Shown here piece by piece: positions 1-8,454 of a stretch of DNA of 64,000 nucleotides (position 1 is the stretch's first letter; every line of letters starts with the position of its first letter). Origin of the DNA: Alphaproteobacteria bacterium (lineage in GTDB: Bacteria; Pseudomonadota; Alphaproteobacteria; Rs-D84); the NCBI GenBank assembly GCA_009783855.1, contig WRCO01000002.1, positions 25,038 to 89,037 of the forward strand, written 5' to 3'. The position numbers were made by a program, and so were the translations under genes. The notes beneath the pieces are model-generated. The model saw only the letters and a list, made by a program, of their open reading frames with translations. It had not been told where the DNA came from and did no database searches.

Positions 1-4
1 TGAA

Positions 5-955
5 ATGCGTCGCATTTCATCAGAGCAGGGCATAGGTTTTGGGGTGGTTGCAGAGTTGGAAGATGAGACGAAGCTGTCCGTATCATGGACAGAGGGCGAC
101 ACATACAGACGCGCAACGGTCGACGGTGATGCGGCGCCGCTTTCCGATTTGGCGCGTTATTTGCGCCTTGTCTGGCTTACGCCGAAAGAAGACCGGCTGT
201 TTTACGATTCCGCGTCCGACCGCCGCGCGTTTTTCGACCGGTTGGCGGCAAGTTTTGATTCGGCGCACGCCGGCCGCGTAGCGCGCATGGCAAAGCTTTT
301 ATCCGAACGGGCGTTCGCGCTTAAATCCGGCGCCGCGAGTGAATGGCTTCGCGCAATCGAAAAACAGCTTGCCGAAACTGCCGTTGCTGTCGCCGCCGCG
401 CGGGTGAAATATGTCGGAGAGGTGAACTATTTTCTGGGGCATAAGGCATATGGCACAGGGAATAACGAAGATGAGAATGCCTTATGCCCTATGACCTATG
501 CCCTTGCCATTGCCGGGGTCTTGGAGCAAAAATTATCAGCCGGGCAGAATGCCATGGATACGGAAAAAGAGTATGCCGAATATTTGTCGGGCGAACGCGC
601 GCTTGTTCATGAAAAGATGACAATCGACGGCGCGCACAAATCCGACATGACAATGTTTAACCAACCGCTTTCCATGAATGTCGCGATGACGTCTACCGGG
701 CAACAGAAATCGGCGCTGCTCTCGCTTATCATCGCCCATGCGAAATTATTGCATGCGAAAACGAATGCGCGGCCTGTCGTACTGCTTGACGAAGCGGCGG
801 CGCATTTGGACGCCGATGCGCGCGCGAACCTGTTCGCGGAACTCTCCGAAACGGATTCCCAGGTATGGGCGACCGGCGTCTGCCCCTTGCTTTTCCAAGG
901 GGTCGGGGGCGCGATATTTATTGGTTGCGAAAACGGCCGGATTATAGAACAATAG
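5..955 (+). CDS. recF: DNA replication/repair protein RecF, C-terminal part (5' end lies outside the window)
   Basis: The ORF runs to the window edge. It carries the C-terminal SMC/ABC-type signature LLDEAAAHLD and the RecF-like tail LLFQGVGGAIFIGCENGRI. Confidence 0.75.
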   Translation: MRRISSEQGIGFGVVAELEDETKLSVSWTEGDTYRRATVDGDAAPLSDLARYLRLVWLTPKEDRLFYDSASDRRAFFDRLAASFDSAHAGRVARMAKLLSERAFALKSGAASEWLRAIEKQLAETAVAVAAARVKYVGEVNYFLGHKAYGTGNNEDENALCPMTYALAIAGVLEQKLSAGQNAMDTEKEYAEYLSGERALVHEKMTIDGAHKSDMTMFNQPLSMNVAMTSTGQQKSALLSLIIAHAKLLHAKTNARPVVLLDEAAAHLDADARANLFAELSETDSQVWATGVCPLLFQGVGGAIFIGCENGRIIEQ

Positions 956-959
956 AATC

Positions 960-1418
960 ATGAAGAAAAATATCGACTATCAGCATCTTCTTGAACGCGC
1001 GTTGCGGGCGGTTGTTAAGGACGCGCTTACGCATGCACAATTCAACGGTCTTGGCGATAATACGCATTTCTATATCACTTTCAGAACGCGCGAGCCGGGC
1101 GTGAATATCCCCGATTTTCTTCGCCTTCGATATCCGGAGATGATGACTATTGTGCTTCAATATTCTTTTTCCAACCTTAACGTGTCGGACAAAGAATTCG
1201 GCGTGACGCTTACCTTTGACGGCCGGCCTTTTTATATTCGGATTCCTTATAACGCGCTTGTCGAATTCAAGGACCCGTCTGTGGACTTTATGCTTCAATT
1301 TCAAAACCGCGGGCATAATGATTCAAGCAATGATTTGGAATTGCCATTAAATGAAAAAACAACGGAAGATGAAGCGCGCGTCGTATCGCTTGATGAATTC
1401 AGAAAAAAGAAAAAATAA
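960..1418 (+). CDS. sspB: SspB-like ClpXP adaptor (stringent starvation protein B family, alpha-type)
   Basis: 152 aa. N-terminal LLERALRAVVKDAL followed by HFYITFRTREPGVNIPDFLRLRYPEMMTIVLQ is typical of the alphaproteobacterial SspB fold. The C-terminal tail is acidic and Lys-rich. Confidence 0.5.
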   Translation: MKKNIDYQHLLERALRAVVKDALTHAQFNGLGDNTHFYITFRTREPGVNIPDFLRLRYPEMMTIVLQYSFSNLNVSDKEFGVTLTFDGRPFYIRIPYNALVEFKDPSVDFMLQFQNRGHNDSSNDLELPLNEKTTEDEARVVSLDEFRKKKK

Positions 1419-1435
1419 AACAAAAGGAGAAAAAG

Positions 1436-1621
1436 ATGAACAAACTTATCGGTTACATCATAATTCTTGGCGTGATTGCGCTTACCCTTATCGCGGGCTG
1501 GCTTGCAAGCGGGCTTGTGGCGCAGCATGTGCGGGGTATAGACGACATGTTCGTACAGATGGTCGGCATTGCCGTCGGAATCATCGGCGGATACTTCGTA
1601 TTGCCAAAAGTTGTGAAATAA
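1436..1621 (+). CDS. small hypothetical membrane protein (61 aa, two TM segments)
   Basis: RBS aaaaggagaaaaagATG. Two hydrophobic helices. A terminator follows. Confidence 0.4.
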   Translation: MNKLIGYIIILGVIALTLIAGWLASGLVAQHVRGIDDMFVQMVGIAVGIIGGYFVLPKVVK

Positions 1622-1650
1622 AAAATCCGCCGAAAGGCGGATTTTATTTT
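1622..1650. terminator. bidirectional rho-independent terminator (aaatccgcc-gaaa-ggcggattt plus T-run)
   Basis: Perfect 7-bp stem, GAAA loop, T-rich on both sides. It overlaps the accC stop. The same hairpin recurs at 22510, 24472 and 31905. Confidence 0.7.
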
Positions 1651-3005
1651 GGTTCTTCTTTCTTTGGTATCAGAACCCGCTCCATCCATTGATTGTCAAT
1701 GGTAAGGTTTTTAACGTCTTCGGATTCCAGCAGTCTTTTATGCAAAGGAATCGTCGTCTTTACGCCTTCGATTGAAAATTCGTCCAACGCGCGTTCCGAA
1801 CGAAGCATGCATGTCGAACGGTCCGGCGCCCAGACGATAAGCTTTGCAATCATGGAATCATACGTCGGCGGGATGCGCCATCCGTCGTACGCCGCGGAAT
1901 CAATCCGGATGCCAAGTCCGCCCGGGGGCGAATACGCGGTTATCTGGCCGGCGTTCGGGATGAATGTCTCCGGGTCTTCGGCGTTGATTCTGAATTCAAT
2001 CGCGTGGCCGTCCGATTTCAAATCCGATTGGTCGTATCCCAATTTTTCGCCCATTGCGATGCGTATCTGTTCGCGGACCAAATCGACGCGGTATACCATT
2101 TCCGTCACAGGGTGTTCAACCTGCAGCCTTGTATTCATTTCAAGGAAATAGAATTTCCCGTCTTCAAACATGAATTCAAGGGTTCCGGCGTTCGTGTATC
2201 CCATCTTCTTTGCCGCAACGGCGCAGGTTTTTATCATGTCGTCCCGCTGTTTCTTGGTAAGACAGGTCGCGGGGCATTCTTCCATGACTTTTTGGTGCTT
2301 TCTTTGCAGGGTGCAGTCGCGCTCGCCAAATATGACGACATTGCCGTGTGTGTCGCCCAGAACCTGAAACTCTATATGACGCGGATGGACAAGCAGTTTT
2401 TCCATATAAAGCGTGTCGTCACCGAATCCGTTAAGTGCTTCCGCTTTGGTCATCTGGAACGCGGCCGGCATTTCTTCGGCGGAATATACTTTGCGCATTC
2501 CTTTGCCGCCGCCGCCCGCCGCCGCTTTAAGCATTACCGGGTATCCTATTTTCTCCGCCCACGAATGCGCGTCCGTCAAAGTATCCACCGCGCCGTCCGA
2601 TCCGGGTATAAGGGGAAGGCCGCATTTCGCCGCGGTATGTTTTGCGACGACCTTGTCACCCATCTCGGCCACAATCTTGGCGCCGGGCCCAATCCAAATC
2701 AGTTTATGCTGTTCCACCTTTTCGATAAAGCCGGACCGTTCGGACAGGAATCCGTATCCGGGGTGAATCGCGTCCGCGTTGGTAAGAAGCGCGGCGGTAA
2801 GGATGGCGGATTCGTTAAGGTATGATTCTTTTGCCGGAGCGGGACCGATACATACGGATTCGTCCGCAAGTTTCGCGTGCAACGAATCCTTGTCCGCGGT
2901 CGAATAAACGGCGACCGAACGGATTCCCATGTCGCGGCATGCACGTATAATGCGCAGGGCGATTTCCCCGCGGTTCGCAATAAGTATTTTGTTTATGGCT
3001 GGCAT
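1644..3005 (-). CDS. accC: acetyl-CoA carboxylase, biotin carboxylase subunit
   Basis: 453 aa. N-terminus MPAINKILIANRGEIALRIIRACRDMGIRSVAVYS. ATP-grasp motifs present (GGGGKGMR). Confidence 0.95.
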   Translation of the reverse strand: MPAINKILIANRGEIALRIIRACRDMGIRSVAVYSTADKDSLHAKLADESVCIGPAPAKESYLNESAILTAALLTNADAIHPGYGFLSERSGFIEKVEQHKLIWIGPGAKIVAEMGDKVVAKHTAAKCGLPLIPGSDGAVDTLTDAHSWAEKIGYPVMLKAAAGGGGKGMRKVYSAEEMPAAFQMTKAEALNGFGDDTLYMEKLLVHPRHIEFQVLGDTHGNVVIFGERDCTLQRKHQKVMEECPATCLTKKQRDDMIKTCAVAAKKMGYTNAGTLEFMFEDGKFYFLEMNTRLQVEHPVTEMVYRVDLVREQIRIAMGEKLGYDQSDLKSDGHAIEFRINAEDPETFIPNAGQITAYSPPGGLGIRIDSAAYDGWRIPPTYDSMIAKLIVWAPDRSTCMLRSERALDEFSIEGVKTTIPLHKRLLESEDVKNLTIDNQWMERVLIPKKEEPK

Positions 3006-3015
3006 TTTATTTCGT

Positions 3016-3087
3016 AAAGCGCAAGGCGTGAGACGTAAGACGGTATTGTCATATTACGCTTTACGCTTCACGCCTTACGCCTCGCGG
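3016..3087. repeat. palindromic repeat element (family C, ggcgtaaggcgtgaagcgt-type) in the accB-accC spacer
   Basis: aagcgcaaggcgtgagacgtaagacgg ... cgctttacgcttcacgccttacgcctcgcg forms an imperfect inverted repeat. Related copies sit at 28141-28170, 41498-41524 and 41711-41740. Confidence 0.6.
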
Positions 3088-3088
3088 G

Positions 3089-3559
3089 TTATTCAATTAC
3101 CATCAACGGCTGGTCGAATTCCACCGCCTGGCCGTCGGTTATATATATTTCTTTGACCGTTCCGTCCTTGTCGGCTTTCACGGGGTTGAACGTCTTCATC
3201 GCTTCGATAAGCGCGATGGTGTCGCCCGCCTTGACCTGTGTTCCGACGACTATGAACGCCTTGGCGCCCGGTTCCGGCGAAAGATAGGCGACGCCCACCA
3301 TCGGCGATTTAATCGCATTCGCCGCGGATGCGGCGGGGGCCGCCTCTGTGGCGGCTGTCGCGGAATTATTTTGCGGCGGGGGCGAAAATACAGTCGGCGC
3401 CGCGGCAACGATGTTCTTTTGTTTCGACAGTTCGATTTCCCGACGGAATATTCCAAAAAGGAACGATGTTTCGACTTTGAATTCGGTCAGTCCCATTTTA
3501 TCCATCATTTGGGACATGTGTTCGACTTTGTTAAAGTACGATGAGAAATAAGACGGCAT
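3089..3559 (-). CDS. accB: acetyl-CoA carboxylase biotin carboxyl carrier protein
   Basis: C-terminal biotinyl domain with an EAMK motif (IEAMKTFNPVKADKDGTVKEIYITDGQAVEFDQPLMVIE). A Pro/Ala-rich linker is present. Confidence 0.85.
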   Translation of the reverse strand: MPSYFSSYFNKVEHMSQMMDKMGLTEFKVETSFLFGIFRREIELSKQKNIVAAAPTVFSPPPQNNSATAATEAAPAASAANAIKSPMVGVAYLSPEPGAKAFIVVGTQVKAGDTIALIEAMKTFNPVKADKDGTVKEIYITDGQAVEFDQPLMVIE

Positions 3560-3677
3560 ATAAATTTCCTTATTGTTCGATTATCAGTGGGCCCATGCCA
3601 GGCCGGTATGCGGGAATTGTACCACGTGGAACCGGCTTGTCAAATAGTTAATGGCTGTCGCCACCGCCGCGAACAAT

Positions 3678-4388
3678 TCAGGGATTCGTAAAGGTGTTGA
3701 GCGCCACGGAACGGAAAGTGGCGTCCATGTTCGCGTCCGCGCAACCGCTTGGGCAAATAAAGGCGCAATCGGCGGCGGTCGAGTCGGTCCTGCGGAACAC
3801 CCACACGCCATTAGCGCCGTCGGAACGCCGTTTCAAACGGCACCAGCATTGACGAGTTGTGCCGCTGAAAGGAATTGCGGGGAGGGCGGGATCGCCCTGG
3901 ACCGCCCAAGTGCCCGTGGTGGGGCTGCACGTCGATTGAACCCAATATGTCGGATAGACGCCGACATTTGTCAGGCCGGCATTCCTGGCTGTAGAGTTGA
4001 AATCCCTTACAGATTGTCCGCCGAAATTATTGGGCAGGCCATGTTGCCCGCCATTCCATGTATAAATTTGCGGATAGTCCGCCGAGATTGTGGTGAATGT
4101 ATGGTTGGGGGGCGGAGTCAGACTGAAAATATCGCCGCCAGGCATCCGGAGGGACAGGCGGCCGGGCGCCGTGTCGCTGGTCAGGAAGCCGTACCATATG
4201 TCGCCTTCGGGCATCCGGACGGCAAGCGCGGGCGAGCTTCTCTTGTCGGATGTCAATATAACCGCCTGGGGGCCGATGTGCATAGTTCGGATTGTTGCCG
4301 CATGCGCGGATATCGCAATCAGCAATCCGATAAGAACTGGAACGAGTGATTTCAATTCAAAACCCCTGTTGCACAATAAAACCGCCAA
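3678..4388 (-). CDS. hypothetical secreted protein (signal peptide, 8 Cys)
   Basis: N-terminal signal LVPVLIGLLIAISAHAATI. No recognisable domain. Sits between the accBC and rnpA-yidD blocks. Confidence 0.4.
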   Translation of the reverse strand: MAVLLCNRGFELKSLVPVLIGLLIAISAHAATIRTMHIGPQAVILTSDKRSSPALAVRMPEGDIWYGFLTSDTAPGRLSLRMPGGDIFSLTPPPNHTFTTISADYPQIYTWNGGQHGLPNNFGGQSVRDFNSTARNAGLTNVGVYPTYWVQSTCSPTTGTWAVQGDPALPAIPFSGTTRQCWCRLKRRSDGANGVWVFRRTDSTAADCAFICPSGCADANMDATFRSVALNTFTNP

Positions 4389-4674
4389 GGGAATTGACGG
4401 TCGGGGAGTTTGTAAATCAGTCTATGATTGATTCCGTGGTTTTTGTCCGCCGCGCTTGCACGCATCGGGACTATTGTATAGCCACCGGCCCCCCGACCAA
4501 AGTCGGGGACATAACGGTGCGTTTGCACCATTACATCATAGATAACGATGCAATCGCACCGCATAGACTGGGCTTACAATAGCCCCGAACCCAAATCCCT
4601 TTGGATTCATCAGTATTATAAGGAATTAATCATAAAAAACAAAGGATAAAAAACAGCCGACACCGGCGCAACTG

Positions 4675-4890
4675 TCAACCGACCGGGTCGTACCCGAACC
4701 CGCCGCCGGGGCGGCATCTTGATATTCTGCGCACCGCAAGCCATGCGCCGCGAAGGCATCCGTGCTTTTCTATCGCCTGCTTTGCGTATTCGCTGCACGT
4801 TGGGACAAACCGGCACGCGGCCCGCCCGCCAATAAATGGGGAAATCGCCATTTGGTAGAGTTTGATAAAAAATAGAAAAAGAGACTTCAT
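4675..4890 (-). CDS. yidD: membrane protein insertion efficiency factor YidD
   Basis: 71 aa. [55 protein letters not shown] is the conserved YidD signature. Confidence 0.85.
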   Translation of the reverse strand: MKSLFLFFIKLYQMAISPFIGGRAACRFVPTCSEYAKQAIEKHGCLRGAWLAVRRISRCRPGGGFGYDPVG

Positions 4891-4894
4891 GTTA

Positions 4895-5015
4895 ATTTTT
4901 AGTTTTGAGTATTGAGTTTTGAGTTAATGCGTTCGTGCTTCGCACTCACAGTTGATTAATTTGTAACTGTCGGCGCTGGCCGACACCATAATTCAACACT
5001 CAACACTCAAAACTT
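4895..5015. repeat. inverted-repeat-flanked ~100-bp insert between rnpA and yidD
   Basis: agttttgagtattgagttttgag (4898-4920) pairs with ctcaacactcaacactcaaaact (4992-5014). An inner hairpin tgtcggcgctggccgaca is present. Confidence 0.5.
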
Positions 5016-5376
5016 TTAACTTTTTCAACGCCGTTCTCATCAGGCTTTGCGCAAGTTCGAAATCGGCGTCAAGGACCCCGGCGCGGATGATGAATATATA
5101 ATCCATGTCGGGCGACATATGTTTTTCATTTGCGCGAATCCATACGCGAAGCATCCTTTTTCCATGGTTGCGGTCCACGCTGCGCTTAAGGGTTTTCTTG
5201 GTCACCTTTATCCCGTATTTCGCATCGCCCGGCCATTTTGTTTTTCTTGCGCGCGCGACGAAAAACTCCGTCCGATAAGTCGGGTCGTCTTCGGACAGTT
5301 CAAAATCTTTATGCTTTTTTATAATCGGTCGCATGGGGCCAGTATAAAACGCGGAATCCCAAATAGCAAATAACAA
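4993..5376 (-). CDS. rnpA: ribonuclease P protein component
   Basis: 127 aa basic protein with RnpA-like KRSVDRNHGKRMLRVWIRANE. It is immediately upstream of yidD (conserved rnpA-yidD order). No rpmH was found upstream in the window. Confidence 0.7.
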   Translation of the reverse strand: MLFAIWDSAFYTGPMRPIIKKHKDFELSEDDPTYRTEFFVARARKTKWPGDAKYGIKVTKKTLKRSVDRNHGKRMLRVWIRANEKHMSPDMDYIFIIRAGVLDADFELAQSLMRTALKKLKVLSVEC

Positions 5377-5380
5377 AAAC

Positions 5381-5409
5381 TTGCATGCTTGGAAATATGT
5401 GTCTATAAT
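5381..5409 (+). promoter_or_regulatory. sigma70-type promoter for pnp (TTGCAT-17 nt-TATAAT)
   Basis: TTGCAT at 5381-5386, TATAAT at 5404-5409, spacer exactly 17 nt. About 105 nt upstream of the pnp ATG. Confidence 0.6.
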
Positions 5410-5514
5410 CCGCCCTGCAGGAGAGATGATTGTTCTATTGTGCGCCCGAGCCGGCGCAGAATTGAATAATTATCTCCTGTAAAAATAACAACTTAAAAAC
5501 AGGAGATACTTATT

Positions 5515-7683
5515 ATGGTATTTGGTAAACTATTCAAAAAAGATGAAAAAGCACAGTTAAACCACCCGGTCTCGGTTTCGATGGAAATCGGCGGCAAGGT
5601 GCTTACCCTTGAAACCGGACGCTTTGCAAAACAAGCGACCGCATCCGTTATGGCCACGATGGGACAGACCATGGTGCTTGCGTCCGTGGTTGCGGAAAAG
5701 ACCGCCGTCGAAGGACAGGACTTTTTCCCATTAACCGTGGATTATCAAGAAAAATTCGCATCCGCCGGAAGAATCCCGGGTTCGCGCGACCGCCGCGAAG
5801 GCCGCACCACGACAGCGGAAACATTGACAGCGCGCCTTATCGACCGGCCCATACGCCCGCTTTTCCCCGATACTTTCAAAAACAAGGTTCAGATTACGGC
5901 GACATGCTTTTCGTATGACAAGAAAAACAGCCCGGATATTTTGGCGATGATTGCGTCAAGCGCGGCTTTGGCGATATCCGGCGTTCCGTTCGGCGGTCCC
6001 GTCGGCGCGGTGCGCGTGGGATACGACGACAAGGGATATGTTTTGAATCCGGATGTCAAAACACTTGATGACTTGGAAATGGACCTTGTCGTCGCGGGCA
6101 CCAAAGACGGCGTTTTGATGGTCGAATCCGAAATCGGCGAATTGGATGAAAAGACAACGCTTGGCGCGGTTAAATTCGGTTTTGACGCGTTCCAGCTGGT
6201 CATCAAGCTTGTCGAAGAATTGAAAGAAAAAGCGGGCAAAGAAGCGTGGGCGGCCGAAGAGCTTGCCCCCGAATACAAAGCCATGCAGAAAGACTTTGAA
6301 CAGTTCGCGGGCGAAATCGAAGCGGCGCTTGGCATTTCCGACAAACTGCCGCGCCGGGATACCTTGGCATCCATACGGGACAAGGCTTTGGCGCGCATAC
6401 CGGAATTGTTTCCGGAAAGCAAGATTGCCGCCGGCACCTTGAAATCATGGGGGGCGGAAATTGTCGACGTCCTGGGTGGGCGCATTATGCGCGAAAGCAT
6501 TCTGGCGGGAAATCCCCGCGTCGATGGCCGCGACAATAAAACCGTGCGCCCCATCGAGTGCGAGGTCGGCATCCTTCCGCGCGCGCATGGTTCGGCATTG
6601 TTCACACGCGGCGAAACGCAAGGCCTGGTCACTTTGACGCTTGGCGGCACATCGGACGCTTTGCCGATTGAAAACATGGGCGGCAAGTCCGAAGAAGGTT
6701 TTATAATGAACTATAACTTTCCGGGATTTTCGGTGGGTGAGGCGAAAATGCTTCGCGGACCCGGGCGCCGTGAAATCGGGCATGGAAATTTGGCGCTTCG
6801 CGCTTTGCGCCCGATGCTTCCGACAAAGGACAAGTTTGATTACACCGTCCGCATAGTATCGGACATTTTGGAATCCGACGGGTCGTCGTCAATGGCGACG
6901 GTATGCGGCGGAACGCTTGCCATGATGGACGGCGGTGTGCCGATGACCAAACCGGTCGCGGGAATCGCCATGGGCCTTATCAAAGAAGGCGACAAGTATG
7001 CCGTGCTTTCCGACATTCTGGCGGACGAAGACCATCTTGGCGACATGGATTTCAAGGTCGCGGGAACCAAAGACGGAATCACTTCGTTGCAGATGGACCT
7101 TAAAATCACATCCGTGAATTTCGACATTATGGAAAAAGCATTGGCCCAGGCGCGCGAAGGCCGCATGCACATACTTGACGTCATGTCCGACGCGATTAAA
7201 TCGCCGCGCAAGGAACTTTCCGAATTCGCGCCCCAGGCGTTTGTCATGAAAATCCATCCGGATAAAATCCGCGAAGTGATTGGAAAGGGCGGAAGCGTCA
7301 TCAAATCCATCACCGCGGAAACGAACACCGGTATTGACCTGTCGGACGACGGCACCGTGAAAATCATGTACACGGACATTGCGGACCGCGACGCGGCGGT
7401 GGAAAGAATAAAATCCATTGTCGCAGAACCCGAAGTCGGCATGATTTACGAAGGCGTCGTGTCCGGTAAAAAGGATTTCGGACTGTTCGTGAAAGTCATG
7501 AACGGCACATTCGAATCCATGGTCCATATTTCCGAAATCACGGGCGAACGCTTGAACACCATCGAAGATGCGAAACTTTCCGAAGGCGACAAAGTGTTTG
7601 TGAAGTACCTTGGGCTTGACAAGCGTGGCAAAACCCGCATGAGCATGGTCGGAATCAATCAAAAAACGGGAGCGGAGAAATAA
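5515..7683 (+). CDS. pnp: polyribonucleotide nucleotidyltransferase (PNPase)
   Basis: 722 aa. Two RNase PH domains, a KH domain (IREVIGKGGSVIKSITAETNTGIDL) and an S1 domain. FFPLTVDYQEKFASAGRIPGSRDRREGR matches the PNPase N-terminal motif. Confidence 0.95.
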   Translation: MVFGKLFKKDEKAQLNHPVSVSMEIGGKVLTLETGRFAKQATASVMATMGQTMVLASVVAEKTAVEGQDFFPLTVDYQEKFASAGRIPGSRDRREGRTTTAETLTARLIDRPIRPLFPDTFKNKVQITATCFSYDKKNSPDILAMIASSAALAISGVPFGGPVGAVRVGYDDKGYVLNPDVKTLDDLEMDLVVAGTKDGVLMVESEIGELDEKTTLGAVKFGFDAFQLVIKLVEELKEKAGKEAWAAEELAPEYKAMQKDFEQFAGEIEAALGISDKLPRRDTLASIRDKALARIPELFPESKIAAGTLKSWGAEIVDVLGGRIMRESILAGNPRVDGRDNKTVRPIECEVGILPRAHGSALFTRGETQGLVTLTLGGTSDALPIENMGGKSEEGFIMNYNFPGFSVGEAKMLRGPGRREIGHGNLALRALRPMLPTKDKFDYTVRIVSDILESDGSSSMATVCGGTLAMMDGGVPMTKPVAGIAMGLIKEGDKYAVLSDILADEDHLGDMDFKVAGTKDGITSLQMDLKITSVNFDIMEKALAQAREGRMHILDVMSDAIKSPRKELSEFAPQAFVMKIHPDKIREVIGKGGSVIKSITAETNTGIDLSDDGTVKIMYTDIADRDAAVERIKSIVAEPEVGMIYEGVVSGKKDFGLFVKVMNGTFESMVHISEITGERLNTIEDAKLSEGDKVFVKYLGLDKRGKTRMSMVGINQKTGAEK

Positions 7684-7767
7684 AGGTGGCTGGTGCTGGT
7701 GATTCGTGGGTTTGGAAATTATTACAACTTCACGTCACCAGCCGCCACTGAACGAAGTGAGCGAAAG
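7684..7767. repeat. family A palindromic repeat (GGTGGYTGGTG / CACCAGCC arms); its 3' end gaacgaagtgagcgaaagATG abuts a start codon
   Basis: aggtggctggtgctggtgattcgtgg ... cacgtcaccagccgccact. The same tail (aacgaagtgagtagaaATG) precedes infB at 19745-19757. Confidence 0.65.
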
Positions 7768-7947
7768 ATGTACGAAAAGAATAAACAGGATATCACAAGG
7801 TATGTCGGGTGCGCTTTGATTCCGTTTGCCATTCCTTTGTTTTTGATAATGTGGGGCGTGATTGGAATTATTGATAAAGCGGAACAAAAAGCCGAATACA
7901 ATCGCACATGCCGCGAAATCAGAAAAGCCCGTGAAAAACAAAAATAA
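7768..7947 (+). CDS. small membrane protein, paralog 1 of a 4-gene tandem family
   Basis: ITRYVGCALIPFAIPLFLIMWG TM segment plus a basic tail. Paralogous to the next three ORFs, which share RDYC/RDYF and an A(P)V(L)(I/L)P TM motif. Confidence 0.4.
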   Translation: MYEKNKQDITRYVGCALIPFAIPLFLIMWGVIGIIDKAEQKAEYNRTCREIRKAREKQK

Positions 7948-7959
7948 GGTTGGCAGACG

Positions 7960-8190
7960 ATGAAATTCGAACTGTTGCATGAAGTGCGGGATTATTGCAA
8001 AGAAACTTATAATTTTCAGCGCGCGATATTTAATGAATCGCCGCGTTTTATGAAAACCATAGGACAGTCCACCGCCTTTTTGGCGCCTGTGTTGATTCCG
8101 GCGTTCTTCGGCGCCGTCTTTTTGATGTACTGCGCTTACAGCCCGGTAAAAGAAATAATAGACCATTATTCCAATAAAAAGCAGAGATAA
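7960..8190 (+). CDS. small membrane protein, paralog 2 (MKFELLHEVRDYCKETY...APVLIPAFFGAVFLMY)
   Basis: Tandem paralog. Single TM. Basic C-terminus. Confidence 0.45.
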   Translation: MKFELLHEVRDYCKETYNFQRAIFNESPRFMKTIGQSTAFLAPVLIPAFFGAVFLMYCAYSPVKEIIDHYSNKKQR

Positions 8191-8200
8191 GGAACAGACA

Positions 8201-8443
8201 ATGTGGGATTATTGCAAGAATGTCTATCATTGGAAACGTGAAGAGCTTGTCGGCCCAAAAACACCGCCCGCTAAGAAAGTCATTGGGCATGCCTGTGCGG
8301 TTGCGGCCCCTGTAATAGGCACGGCGATATTATCCATGTGGTTTATAATATGGTGCGCATTGAAATCAGGCGATATAATCAAAGACAATATTGGAGATTA
8401 TAAGCATAAGAAAAACTGGCGAAAAGTCACGAAACAAAGATAA
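8201..8443 (+). CDS. small membrane protein, paralog 3 (MWDYCKNVYHW...AAPVIGTAILSMWFIIW)
   Basis: Tandem paralog. Confidence 0.45.
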   Translation: MWDYCKNVYHWKREELVGPKTPPAKKVIGHACAVAAPVIGTAILSMWFIIWCALKSGDIIKDNIGDYKHKKNWRKVTKQR

Positions 8444-8454
8444 GAAGTATAAAT

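Noticed and set aside
1693-2825. ORFs 1693-2151 and 2004-2825 (+) as real genes
   Set aside because: They are fully embedded antisense to accC, a highly conserved gene.
4390-4675. RNase P RNA, SRP RNA or tmRNA in the yidD-proximal spacer
   Set aside because: Conserved signatures (GGAAAGUCCGG for RNase P; the SRP GGAA tetraloop-motif helix; the tmRNA tag reading frame) were not found. Left as an unclassified structured-RNA candidate.
5376-5514. rpmH (L34) expected upstream of rnpA
   Set aside because: No 44-46-aa Arg/Lys-rich ORF (MKRTFQPS...) in either frame. The region contains the pnp promoter and leader instead.
5889-7662. Long antisense ORFs inside pnp (5889-6686, 6840-7442, 6889-7662), and similar ones inside infB, nusA, lptD, T4CP, Tad-like genes and the big Cys protein
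   Set aside because: These are shadow ORFs typical of high-GC coding regions. They overlap well-supported genes on the opposite strand and have no motifs or RBS.
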